From the human T2T-CHM13v2.0 reference genome, Homo sapiens: DNA of 64,000 nucleotides. Shown here one piece after another: positions 16,156-34,078 of this stretch. Made by a program: the position numbers and the translations under genes. Location of the stretch: NCBI RefSeq assembly GCF_009914755.1, contig NC_060941.1; one strand, given 5' to 3'. The notes beneath the pieces were generated by a model. The model saw only the letters and a program-made list of their open reading frames with translations. It searched no databases and had not been told where the DNA came from. Position 1 is the stretch's first letter. Each line of letters starts with the position of its first letter.

Positions 16156-19100
16156 AAGAAATATAGAGCTCTTTCTTGCCAGGTTCAAAAGGGGTTACTC
16201 CAGGGGCTTACTTCCCTTTTCAGTCCCTAGAGCAATTGAGCCTCAGGGAAAAAATGGGTAGGAAATGAAGGGGTAAGGGAAAGGGAAAGAGAGAATTTAT
16301 GCAATGTGGTAGGATGTATTTATTAGTTATTTCAGGACCTTGTTTTGTCATCCAAGTCATAGGCTGCTCAGGTCCCCCTGACAAAGGCCACTGCTGCATC
16401 CCTAGTCACATGTGGCCCTCATGGAAGCGTTCAGCTCTCCAGGCTCCGTTCTCCTTTTGAGGTGTGCTGCTCCACCTCCAGTGGCTGGCTGTTATTTCAC
16501 TCCATTTTGGTTCTATTCTGTTGAACTGTTTTAATTTTTTTTCCTTTTCTACCTAGGCATTTGGTTGCCAAGCTCCAGCTTTGAAGAACCAAATTAAGCT
16601 ACCATGAAAAGAAGAGGAAAAGTGAGGGAACAGGAAGGTTGGGATTCTCTGTGCAGAGACTTTGGTTCCCCACGCAGCCCTGGGGCTTGGAAGAAGCACA
16701 TGACCGTACTCTGCGTGGGGCTCCACCTCACACCCACCCCTGGGCATCTTAGGACTGGAGGGGCTCCTTGGAAAACTGGAAGAAGTCTCAACACTGTTTC
16801 TTTTTCAGAAGTTTTGTTTTTGATATTTATATTACTTGGTATGGAAAACTCACCTTGAAGGCAGTTGGGGTTTGTGCCCGTTGGATTGAAAGTGGTGCGA
16901 AGGGTGAGCAGGTCCAAAGAAGGGGTGGGAGGAGGGAACAGGGGACGGCCATTCAGCTGGTGCCAAAGGCAGAGTTAGAGTCTGTGCTGTGGGCCTGGAA
17001 GATGGGAGGAGGGGCTTGAGGTTTGCAAAGGACTGGGAGTTCCTGAGGAAGGGGGAATCTGCCTCTTGTTGCCATGGGCAGCTGTTGTAGGAGCAGGAGA
17101 GAAAGGAGGGTGGGTGGTCTCGAAAAGAATATTGGGCAAAACCTAGCCAATTGGCCTTAGCTGGGAGAAGTAGTGACTCCTGCATCCTTTTTTAAGGTTT
17201 AGGAACCTGAGTTCAGAAACACCTCTCATGGAAGCTGTACTAGTTGTGATTTACTTAATTCCTTAAGTTCCATGACCTGAAGTTAACCCCGTTCTTCCTC
17301 TGCTCTCAACCCATTGCCCCTTGAGATAACTGTACATGTCACTCTGATCATGGTAACAGCATCCCTATTGCTTCTGCCAGCTGTCATGGCAATCGTGTTT
17401 CCCATCACCTGGGCGGTTCAGAGCCAGTCATGGGCTGCTGAATTTAATGGAGCATGTTTCCAGGTTCTTCATGGCAAACTGTACTCATGACTTAGGAGTG
17501 AGTGTTACTTCCATGTGCCTGTCAGCTTGTGAGGGGGAATGTGGAGGAAGGTGAGAAATACAGCTCCCACAGTTGTGCTCTTCCTAGAGGAAGCTCTCAG
17601 AACGCAGCCCTCACGGGATTTCCTTAGGTCAGAGGAGAGCATCGCATCTCACGTTTTTAGGTTTATCACTGCCATCCCACTTCTGGGATGGGAGGTAGCA
17701 AGGGCTTCTGTATTTTCTTGTGTTCATTCTAGCAACCCAGACATTTCCGGATCAGATCCTGCTGGTCTCCACTCACTGGAAAGTCTGCCAGATGCCGATT
17801 TGAGAGCTGCCTGTCCCTGCTTTCAGGAGGAGCGGGGAGAAAAACTCCAATGGTCTTTAATGGTTTCTGCAGCTGGCCATGGCCAATTCATATGACATTG
17901 TGAGTTTGCTTTCTTATAGAGCTGCTCTGGGGAGAGGTTTGCTATTGAGATGTAACAGTGGAGCTGTTGGGTCTTCATGACTCCTTTGCGTGTGTTCCAT
18001 GGGACTCTCTTTCTGGGTTCCCCATGCTTATAGTTGCCTCGTGTCACAAGACAGATACTAATGTCAGGTTTGTGGCTTCCTGATGGTTTGGGTGGGGCCC
18101 CAGTGTCCTGGTAATTTATAGGACTGCCTCATCTGGGAGCATTGCCTTCTTCCTTAGTCCCACGTGGAGTGACCAGTCTTCCTCCTTGTAGCTGAACAGG
18201 GAGGAAACTTGCACCATTACCTGACTGTGGAAGGGTGGCCCACAAGATGAGCTGTGCACCATAAACACAGCCCACCTCTGATTTGTCATGTGGTACCTCT
18301 TCTTTCCTTGGCTTCCATGGTAGTATTATCAACTAAGCAAGATTGTGATCCCAGAAATTGGCTTAGCATGTGAGTGTTGCCTCGTGAGAGTACAAGTAAT
18401 ATAACTCGCCATCTTGCAGGAAGTGCCACCCCAATATAGAGCCTGAAGTTGGAATCTGTTGAGATCCTTGGGTGGCTGATATACAGCCTGGGATCTTTCT
18501 TTTTTTTGTTCCTTTTCAACCACCCATAATTTTAATATTATTTTTTAGTGTGTGTGTGCCTGGCTTTGCGCTAGATATTGTAGAAAACAAAAAAGGTAAA
18601 AGACGTAATATGTGGCCTAAGGGAGCTTTTAGGTGACTGCTGCACATCAAGCAGAAAATCAAGGACTATCTAAAGACGTTTATAGTAGATAAGATCAGGG
18701 TAGACCAGATGGTCTGGGAAAGTTCTGTGCCTCTGAGGCTTTGGGTTGTAGTCAATGGCAGGACAGACAGTGAGATGAAAAACACATGAGCAAAAGCAAG
18801 GAAGCAGAAATCTGCATGGCATGTACTGAACAGTGCACAGCCCTGTTAGAGCAACATGGTTAAAGAATCCTTTCCAGTGCGGTTTTCTAGATGGAAGCTT
18901 CCCAGCCACCAGGCAGACCTGAGTGCCAAGGGGTTATGATGGTGAGGTGGAGCCCAAAGCCCAAAGGAGTCAGCAAGGCTCCTGCCCATTGCCAGGGCCT
19001 CACTATGGTCAGCTCAGGCCATGTGAGGGAGGCAGAGCCTCTGCACCCCCTGTGTTACTGGGGTTTCTTCTGGAGAACTCATACATTCAGGTACAAAACA

Positions 19101-19494
19101 AACCAACTGAGGAGGTGTGACCCAACCTCACCACCCACCTTTCTCCTCCTGGGGAGTGTCGTGTTGAACTGTGTCTGTGTCAGTGCACTGGTCCCAGCCC
19201 TGGCCGCAGCCTAGTCCTTTCTCTGTGGAGTGGGCTGCAAAACAGCAGCGCAAGAGGAGACAGTCTTCGTCAGGTGTGGGTGTTTGGTGCCTGCATGGGT
19301 GGCCTTGCACAGAGCAGTTAGGGGAAGATGAGGGGGAGGCATGGGGCTGGGCCAGCTCTCTGGGATACAGCCTGGTCAGAGAGTAAATGGAGCAGAGGAG
19401 CAGGTGTGGCAGCACCTGCCCTTCACCTCCCTGACCAGGCCCGTCCCTCCTTCGCCAGTGCTGTGCAGAGCTCATTTAAATGTATTCCTTTCTA

Positions 19495-19913
<419 letters not shown>

Positions 19914-20632
19914 TTATGACTGATCTACTGTAACCTTCCTCAGGTTGAGAGTGAGCTGCTGTGAGCCAGTGACAACTACTGCTACAACTTGCTGTTACTT
20001 GAAATTCGTGTGCTATGTTGGTAGCACAGGAGTAGGCGGGCGGGGGTTTTGGTGTGGGCACTAGGTAAGTGGGTGGCAACCGGCTCTTTGGGACCATTGG
20101 TGCTGACCTTTGCCTGGTCACCTGCCTGTGCCTAGGCCAAGTGAATGTTACATCTTGGAACCTGAGCCATGGAGGTGGCGCCACCTCCCTGAGGAGAAAG
20201 GTGTGGCCAAAGGAAACTCCTGCATGGCTCCTGCTCCTTCCCCTTCCCTACATTTCACTTGGGCTAATGATGTAAGCCCCCCTTGAGGTTGGGGATGGTG
20301 TGGAGATAGCTGCAGACACCCCTGTAACAGACATCCAGGAAGAATTAGGGAGTGGGGGTAATTATAGTTCCTAGGTCTAGGGGTGAGAGGTGGGAGTAGA
20401 ACCAGAAGTGCCCTGGAATCCAGCCGTGTCAGCCCTCACCCCAGGGCCCCCAGGAAAGCATGGCCTGCTTGAAGCCCTCTGCTCCCTGCAGAAACTGGGG
20501 CGAGGAGGAGCTTTTTCCTTCAGTTAGATCTTTCCCTTCCCTGCTGCCTCGCTCCCTTAGCTTTGGAGCCCTAAAGTTAGTGGACAAGACACTGGGATAA
20601 AGCTCTATGGCTGCTGGAAGGAGGTCTGAGTC

Positions 20633-20673
20633 TGTGTGTGTGCATATGCATGCATGTGTGTGTGTGTGTGTGT
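20633..20673. repeat. (TG)n compound microsatellite
   Basis: tgtgtgtgtgcatatgcatgcatgtgtg...; fully alternating purine-pyrimidine. Confidence 0.92.
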
Positions 20674-22616
20674 CCTCATTTGCAGAAGTCTTGCTACCAG
20701 TTAGGGTGTTAAGAGCATCTCCACTGGGCGGAGACCTGGCATTTGTTTTCCACTGTTAAGAGAATGACACACCCCCTGTCATGTAAGGGAGGAGCTATTG
20801 AGTTAGACATTTTCCCTATGGGAATCCTCGGTTTGGTTTGTGGGAAAGGAGGGAATGGATAAGTGATTTTTATCTCTAATCGTCAACACAGCTGTTCTTC
20901 CACTGAATTTGTGCTATTGCATACATGTAGCCATCTTTCTTTTCACTGCAGCAGTGTTTATCAGTAGTTCAAAATGATTTATTTGCTCCTGGGGAGTAAA
21001 ACCTTTTTTATTAAAAAAAGAAAAAGAAAAAAAAAAGAAAGAAAAGTGTGCCCCCCTCCTATGCTGCGATAGCTATAAAATGATTGGGTCACAAAGGTCA
21101 AGTCTGCACGTCCCTGTGGTAGACCCTGCTTTCACATTGGAGCCTTCACACTCAGCACAAAATGATTGGAGGCCTTGATAAAATGGAGAGCAAAGTCTTG
21201 GGAGCAGTGAAATGGGGGTTGGATCATAGAGACAGGCGCTGGGGACTCGGGTACTGCAGTTAGGAAAGTAGCGTTATGAGTTGTACTGAAAATGTTGATT
21301 CTCTAATCTGCCAGAAAAGGACCTGTCTTTTCATGCAGATTTCATATTGTCTTTGTCCTTTTCATTGCTTCTTGACCTTCCTGGCAGGTGTCGCTCAGTT
21401 TCTTCCTGTTTCCCTTCCTGTCCTCTCCACACCTGCTATCCCGTCCCACTCCCATCTACCTCCCGGGAAGCCAGCCCTGCATGCTGAGTTTGTGACCTGC
21501 TTCATTCCCATTTCATTTCTAGAGGGTTTAGAGGTGACCTGGAACCGTTCCCTTTCCCTCTCCTACCCCCTCCTCTGCAACACCAAGAGGCCTGGAGGGG
21601 CAGACAGAAAGCAGCCAGCCACGGCGGGAAGACATGCATGTTTGGTTGCAGCTGGACTGCGATCGTAGTTCCTCCTGGAGATAGAGTGTGAGGAACTTAG
21701 GACACTCTTCCTCAGACTCTGGGATCATCACATACCACACTGCCCCGCTCAGAGTTTCGTCCTGAGCTCCCTAACCAGCTCAGGTGGAGCAGAAGCCTGC
21801 TCTCACTCCTCCATCTCTGGTGCTCCCTTGGGCGGGGACCTGTCCCTCACTCTTAGGCCCAGAACCTGTCCAAGGGACAGGTAGGGTCCAGGTGCCACTT
21901 TGGGTAGCTGGCTGTTGGAATGCCCACACTGGTGCTGCCTGTGGCATAGCCACTGCTGTACGTTTTTGGTTGTTTTTAAGAAACTCGATGAAGAGGGGTG
22001 TCATTCTGGGCTCGGGGTGGTTGCCAATTTTTCACCAGAAAGGGAGCCACCCCTTGCAACCACTTCTGTCTCCGTTAGCCCCCCCTCTGCCCTCCTCCAA
22101 GCCAAAGCGTGGCCTGGCTTTTGTCTTCCCATTTAGTTTTCCTCTTTTACCCTTCCTTTTGTGCTTAATTTATTAAAATAGTTGCTGTATAATTTATTTT
22201 CATAAACTATAAAAAAATACTAAATGGTTAAAATAGACTTGCAGGCCAATCTTAAATGGGGTGGGAGGGGTCTGAGGGTGGGATGGGGAAAGGGAAAGAG
22301 GTTTTGATATAAACAAAACAAATGCACTTTGGGTGTGTTTTGGTATTTTTCTGGGGATAGAGGGGGTGGGGTTAGGGATGTCCCTGTAGATTAGTTCCAG
22401 AATGGGGTGTCTGTATATACTGTATTAATAGGCATGTTTGACTCTCGTAAAGGGACGTTAGTAGCTGCTGCAGGTCCTGTTTGGAAACCCCATGTACAAT
22501 TCCCAGTTTTTTGTAAGTGTCAGTGCGAGAGACATTTGACTCTTGTGTTTGTATCTCCTTTTTATGATTGCTGTACCTACCCATGTCTTTTTGGGGAGGG
22601 GTGAAAAGAGATTTGA

Positions 22617-22665
22617 AATAAAAATGTTTAGAAATTATTTCATGTTCTTTGGTTTGGTGTTTTTC
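22617..22665 (+). terminator. SOCS7: SOCS7 distal cleavage/polyadenylation signal
   Basis: AATAAA 22617-22622, upstream TGTA elements, downstream tgttctttggtttggtgttttt. Confidence 0.88.
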
Positions 22666-23289
22666 ACTCCCTCTCCCATCTCATGTGACTCCTGACATGC
22701 CCCAATAGGATCTGATGACCCAGCCCTGGGGAATGGGTGATCCCTGTGATGTCAGCCAAGCAGAGTGCACCCAGCACTAGGCTTGTCAGAATTAGAGGTG
22801 CTGAAAAATCCCTGAGGCTGATGGCCACTGCTCAGAGCTACCTTCTCCTTCCCTAGGAAGTGTAGGAGCATTCCCGAGAGCTTTCTGGGGCTGAGTGCCC
22901 GTGGCCTTTTTGTCTTGGTGAGCATTGGCGTGGGGCTCTACCTAAGGAGAGTTCATATTTACCATAGCAGTCATTCCTAGTATTCCCTGTGGCTGGCACC
23001 AAGGTTTTTCCTAAGTTCAACCCATAGCCCTCCTGCTGCCTTTCTAGCCTACTATTGCTTAAGCTGTGCTCTTCGGAGAGAAAGGGACTAAGTTGTTCCT
23101 CTGGTTGACAACGTGTGTATCGGCATATCCCGGGGATTTTGTGGGTTCCATTCCAGACAACCGCAATAAAGTGAACATCACAATAAAGCAAGTTGCACAA
23201 ATTTTTTGGTTTCCCAGTGCATATAAAAGTTATGTTTACACTATGCTGTTGTAAGTGTGTAATCTTAAAAAATAATGTGCATAATTTAA

Positions 23290-23732
<443 letters not shown>

Positions 23733-24025
23733 TACTGTGGCAATTTCTTAAGATCACCAATAAGGTTTGCTGCATTGATTTGACTCTTATTTTCAAAAAA
23801 GATTTCTCTGTAGCATGTGATGCTGTTTGATAGCATTTCCACACAGTAGAACTCCTTTCGAAATTGGAGTCAGCCCTCTCAAATCCTGCTACTGCTTCAT
23901 CAACTAGGTTCATGTAACATTCTCAGTCCTTTGTTGTCATTTCAACAAAGTTCACGGCATCTTCACCAGGAGTAGATTCTATCTTAAGAGACTACTTTCT
24001 TTGCTCATCCATAAGCAGTAACTCC

Positions 24026-24156
24026 AGACAGGTGTGATGGTACGCACCTGTAGCCCCAGCTACTCAGGAGGCCAAGGCAGGAGGATCCCTTGAGCCTAGG
24101 AGTTTAAGGCCAGCCTGGGCAGCAAAGCAAGACCCAGTCTTGTCCCTTAAAAAAAA
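24026..24156 (+). mobile_element. Alu monomer in Tigger1
   Basis: Short sense Alu with A-tail; TSD-like agcaactcc. Confidence 0.8.
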
Positions 24157-24392
24157 GCAACTCCCATCTGTTTAAGTTTTATCATAAAATTGTAGCAATT
24201 CAGTCACATCTTCAAGGCTCCACTTCTAATTCTAGTTATGCTATTACCACCACATCTGCAGTTACTTCCTCCACTGAAGTCTTGAACCCCCTCATAGGGG
24301 AATTAACTTCTTCGTGGAATTAACTTCCATTTTCGTGGAATTAACTTCTTTCAAACTCCTGTTCATGTTGATACTGTGACCTCCTCCCATGA

Positions 24393-25123
<731 letters not shown>

Positions 25124-25139
25124 ATGATTGTATTTCTTA

Positions 25140-26092
<953 letters not shown>

Positions 26093-26704
26093 TAGCATTC
26101 TTTTGGAAACAATGGGCCCCAAATAAAACCCCTTCCCACTGTCTTCACCTCCAAACCTGAAACTACCTGCTTCATCTCCTCATCACAAAGGCTGTTCCAT
26201 CAAACCACTGCAATGGAGTCTTCTCACGCACATACTTACTTGAATTCAATGATAAGCACTTGGCAAGTAATAGTGCCGGAGATTCCTCATTCATTCCATT
26301 GTGTGCCCCCCCGATTGAAGGTGAGATGGGAACAGTAAGTTTTATGTCTCTTGGTTCCCTCCAGCCTCTCATAGTGTGAGCATCTCGCGTATAAGGATTC
26401 CAGTGCATATTTGTACTACGTGGATTCTGAAGACCAACTGTTTTCACTGGTGCTCAGCCAAAGGCACAAGAGTTGACTCCAGCTCAGGAGAGGCACTAGC
26501 TGATCCCTAATGGAGCCCCTCCGCAAGGGGTTTTTGAGAGGAATTTTGCAGCTTCCTCTGCTGCACACATCCCCATTGAAGCTATGATTTCACCATCCGT
26601 CTATTGCCATGTCCTCATTAGGCATTCTCCTTCGTGAACCTGGACAATTTCAACTGGTCTTCCTGCTTCTGTTTCTCCTCTCTAGTCCTTCAAAATGTCC
26701 TTCT

Positions 26705-27282
<578 letters not shown>

Positions 27283-27857
27283 ATGGTGTCATTTCTTTAG
27301 TTTACAGTCTTTGATGTCTTTCAACCAAGAGAAATCCCCATTGAAATCTTGACCATCAACCTGCCTTCCAATGCTGTTTTTCCTTCCCTGACACGTAGGC
27401 TTCAGTCTGGTCACATGTGTGACCTGAAGCCTGTAATCATGGCATCCCTCCTGCCACTCTGCCTTCCCTCATGGTTCACCCTGTGCCTGGAGGACCCTTA
27501 CCTGTCACCCTCTTTACCTGCTGAACTCATTCTTCAGGGCCCTGCCCCAGGGTCACTCTGTGGAATTGGAATTGTCACTAGCCACAAACAAATGGCTCTT
27601 TCCTCTCTTATGACATTTGTTCATCTATCTCTGCCTGCTTGTTCCGACTGTGACCTCTGCGAGGGACAGTGTCCTATTCATCTCTCTCCCCACTTCCAGG
27701 GCCTGGCACAGTTAAATGGCCGTGCCAAGGTGGTGGTAAGTTGAGGAGATGAGATCAGCCCCCTTCCCACGAATGTTGCTAATATTCCCTCCCCTCTAGT
27801 TAGCCAGTCCTTGAACCTGGATCTCCACCTTTCACACTGGACAACTGGATTGTTTAG

Positions 27858-28208
<351 letters not shown>

Positions 28209-28289
28209 CCAAATGTCAGTCTTCTGCAAAACTTTCTCAAGAGACTGAAATTTTCATGGTTGGAGTAGGAGTGTGAAAGGTGTGATACA

Positions 28290-28575
28290 AGGTGGATGCG
28301 GTGGCTCACGCCTGTAATTCCAGCACTTTGGGAGGCCTAGGTGGGTGGATCACCTGAGGTCAGGAGTTTGAGACCAGCCTGGTCAACATGGTGAAACCTC
28401 GTCTTTACTAAAAAATACAAAAAATTAGATGGGCATCGTGGCACATGCCTGTGTGTGGAGGATGAGGCAGGAGAGGATCACTTGAACCCGGGAGGCGGAG
28501 GTTGCAGTGAGCTGAGATCGTGACACTGCACTCCAGCCTGGGCAACAGAGTGAGACTCTGACCAAAAAGAAAAAG
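28290..28575 (+). mobile_element. Alu (AluS-like)
   Basis: Sense Alu consensus. Confidence 0.9.
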
Positions 28576-28668
28576 AAAAGTAAAAAGAGAGAGAGGAGAG
28601 AGAGAGGAAGGAAGGAAGGAAGGAAAGGGAGGGAGGGAGGGAGGGAAAGAAAGAGAAAGAAAGACAGA
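28564..28668. repeat. Polypurine GA-rich repeat (GA/GGAA/GGGA)
   Basis: ~100-bp almost pure purine tract extending an Alu tail. Confidence 0.92.
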
Positions 28669-29276
28669 AGTATACAGCGGTAACCCAAGATGTTCCAGAG
28701 GTGGGATGTGGACTGCTTCCTCTTGACATCATAGAGGATGACAGAGCTGTCGCTGCTCTTGGATGGAAGACGCCACTGATCTAGGGTCAGCTGGCTTTGT
28801 CCAGTGGCCAGAGACTGCACTGAGCCACCTGCTACTCCCTGCTGAGTTATCACTTAACAGAAACCCTGCATTTAAAGAGAGCTCAACCCAGGCCCCCTTC
28901 TCACATCCTAGGCTTACATCCCAGGTTTCTCATCTCATCAGGGTCAGGGTGGGGGGTGGGTGTCAAGGCCTGGCTTCCTGGCCCCTGCACTGCTGAGAAA
29001 CTTGATTTTATTTCTGGGCCCTTATTCTGCAGATCCAGGGATGATGGGAGAACGGGAGAGGCTAGCTGGATTTATACTGGGAGAGAAAAGTAAGAGGAAA
29101 TGGTAATGGCTGAGCTTGGGGGACATTGAGAAGGTTTGGAAATGGGTAGGAAGGTCTTTGGCAACAGCTGTCCTGTGTGTGAGACCGATAAAGTCAAGAT
29201 GTTTCACTATGCAGTGGGTGTCATCTCTTGGTGCCTCTTCTTCCCCATGCCCTGGTATTGAAAAACCTGATATATG

Positions 29277-30205
<929 letters not shown>

Positions 30206-30989
30206 ACCTGTCTGGATACGGGGCAGATATGTCTTTGACTGGGATCCCATACGGCTCTGGACATGTTAAACGCCGACTGCATGTGGAGAGCGGGCTCTGT
30301 GTCTTGCTCATCTTCTGGGATGACCCCCATCCCCCAGCCGAGCACATGAAGGGATACCTGTGAATGTTTGCCAAAAACCATGGAGCAGGTCAGAGGCAGA
30401 GCCAGGCCAGGAGGGAGGTGGCAGTGGGGAAAGGTCTTCTAGGCTGGAATCACCTTTGGGCCTGGACCGGGGAGCTCCCATATTGGAATGGGAGTTTATG
30501 TGGGAACTGTTTTCAGCAAATGCTGGTGGGGGAGACCGCAGAATGCATTGTGGAGTCTGGCGGAGAGGCTTCGGGGATGGTGCCGTGGTTCTCAGCCAGG
30601 GCAGAGGCTTTGTGAGCTTGAATCACTTAGACAACATTTTCACATCTCACTCCCAAGACTAAGACACCCTCCTAGAATCTCAAGGGGTTGTGGGGGAGAG
30701 CGGTGGTGAGGATAGCAGATGAGACATCTCAGGGGCATCCACGGGCTCTTCGCTTCCTCCCATGCTCCTGCCTGCCTGTTAAGACTCCTGGGGAGGGCCT
30801 GGCCCAGGATTTGCTGACCCAAGTTTGAGTCCCGGCTCTACTACCTGCTCGTTTTGTGATCTTGGGCACTTTATGCTTTTTTGGTCTGTTTCCTCCTGAG
30901 TTTTATTTCCTACCTCATGTGTGAGTAAATGAGACATGTGTGTAAAATGCCTGGTACATCTTGAGCACTTAATAAATATCCACAAAAGC

Positions 30990-31741
<752 letters not shown>

Positions 31742-31913
31742 TAGCAGTATTTTGAAAACTAGGATTGAGATTCTTTTTGCCAAAGGCAGAGGAAGAATGA
31801 AAAGCTCCTCTTACCGGAGGCCGCAGAGGAGCGGGCTGTAGGGAAAAAGAGAGGAGGGAGCTTCCAGGTGGGGAAGGGCCCGGAGGCTGCTGGTGGCCGC
31901 GGGCAGAGCTGGG

Positions 31914-31946
31914 TGAGTCATTGGGCTTCTCCTGCCACCTAGTGGC
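31914..31946 (-). promoter_or_regulatory. CTCF motif with adjacent AP-1 site
   Basis: Reverse complement CCACTAGGTGGCAG (31932-31945) fits CCASYAGRKGGCRS exactly; TGAGTCA at 31914-31920. Confidence 0.75.
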
Positions 31947-32328
31947 TCCTCAGGGCTAAGCCACCCTGCTGTTCCCTCAGGTCCCCTCGGTGGTGGTGGG
32001 GTGAGGCCGCACTTAAATATTCCTAAACACGGTGTCTCCAGTCCTCTTCTGTTAGCCCATTAAACGCCCTGCCCTTTCAGGGACCCTGGCCCATGAGGCA
32101 TCCCTCACCTGGCCCTGGTGTGTGGGACACGACCCCCTCCTCCAGGTGGAGGGAGAGCGAGAAGCCTTTGTTCTCCTGGCTCCGGGGCAGAGTTGGGGGG
32201 CCGAGGCGGACACCTGGGGACGGTGGATGCCACGTTCATGCACCCCGCCCCCGCTTGCTTGATGGCTGCTCATGGGAGAGACTGGGGCCCGGGACCATGT
32301 CCGTGTCTGCTGCGGGTTCTAGTTAATT

Positions 32329-32338
32329 CTATAAATAG
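32329..32338. promoter_or_regulatory. MEF2 consensus site
   Basis: CTATAAATAG = CTA(W)4TAG within GC-rich unique sequence. Confidence 0.45.
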
Positions 32339-33186
32339 GCACTATTTTGTGCAGGGTCCGGGTTAGGGCTCTCCTGAACCTTCCCATCTCACCTTCTCGG
32401 AGGACTTTGCCTTTTTGTCTCCAGTATGGAGAGGGTGCGGACAGAGACCGGCCGCCCGAGGCCTGAGAGCCGGATGGGGCCTCTCCTCATGCCCCTCCCT
32501 CTGAGGAGGCTGCCTGGAGTGATGGCCTGGTTGCATCATGCCCTACTCCTGCCTATTAGGTGGCTGTGACTACTGGGGAGGGGTCTGGCCCTGGGTGAGG
32601 GGCTTCAGGAGGAGGCTGAGGGTCCTCATGAAGGGGCCACACGTTGGCTGTGAATCAAGGTCAGGCGTCCTGCCCTGCTGCCCACTGCCCTCCCCGCCCC
32701 TGACACCCACTTCTCTCTCGGGGCCCTGCAGCCTCAGCTGCACCAGGCCAGGATTGCATCATTCTTGGCTTTGTTCTCAGAGCAGCAGGTGCAGGAGTGG
32801 GGCCTGCCACCCGCCGCCCCCCTCCTTCCCTCTCATCTCCTTCCACTCCCTCCTGGGTAATCCCCCTCCTTCCTCCCTTCCTAGGCCCATGGCACCCCGG
32901 GAGTTGTCTGCCTTACCCGTGGCTCTTAGCTCCCTTTCTACCTTCTCCCTGTTCCCCAGGGAGCCCTGGAGGCTACCGAGGTGGAAGGAAGTAGACTGGG
33001 GGGCAGGGATGAGCACCAGGCTGGAAACCGCCATTCTTCACCTCTAGCCCCCAACTGGCTGAAAGCAGGTGCCACCCGCAAAGGGAACACCCGGTTGTAG
33101 CCAGGGTATAGCCTCCTAGAATTTGGGGACAAGGTCAGAAATCGTCACCTGCTGAACTAAAACTAATAATAATCAACATAAAATGA

Positions 33187-33526
<340 letters not shown>

Positions 33527-33539
33527 GTGCTTAACTTTT

Positions 33540-33750
33540 ATTGATCACTTCTGTGCCCACCAGTAGACCGAGCATTTTAGACTCACATTCTCATGTCATC
33601 TTTCAACAGCTCTGTGAGGTGGTGCGGTTAGCATGTCTGGTTTACAGATAAGGGAGCTGCAGGGCAGAGAGGTCAGAACACTTGCCCAAGACTGCGCGAA
33701 TATTAAATGGCAGGTCTGGGAGGTGAGTCCTGGTCTGCCTCCCTCTTGAA
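33540..33750. mobile_element. MIR
   Basis: acagctctgtgagg...tttacagataaggga...cttgcccaag. Confidence 0.7.
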
Positions 33751-33907
33751 GCCTCTGGAAGAGATGGTTGGAAAATTCGATGCTGACCCACCCGGAACAT
33801 TTTTTTTAAACCCCTAAAAGATTGTTTTTGGCCAAGACACTCATCAAGAGATAAGTATCTTATTTTAACTTTATCAAAGAGATAGAATAAATAACAAATA
33901 TCCATGG

Positions 33908-34078
33908 AAGCCTGGGCTACATACTGAGACCCCGTCTCTAAAAAAATAAAAAATTAGCCAGGCATGGTGGCATGCACTTGTAGTCCCTGCTGCTCAGGCT
34001 GAGGTGGGAGGATCATTTGAGCCTGGGAGGTGGAGGCAGCAGTAAGTGGTGATTGCACCACTGCACTCCAGCCTGGGC
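33908..34078 (+). mobile_element. Partial Alu (J-like)
   Basis: Right arm plus linker. Confidence 0.85.
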
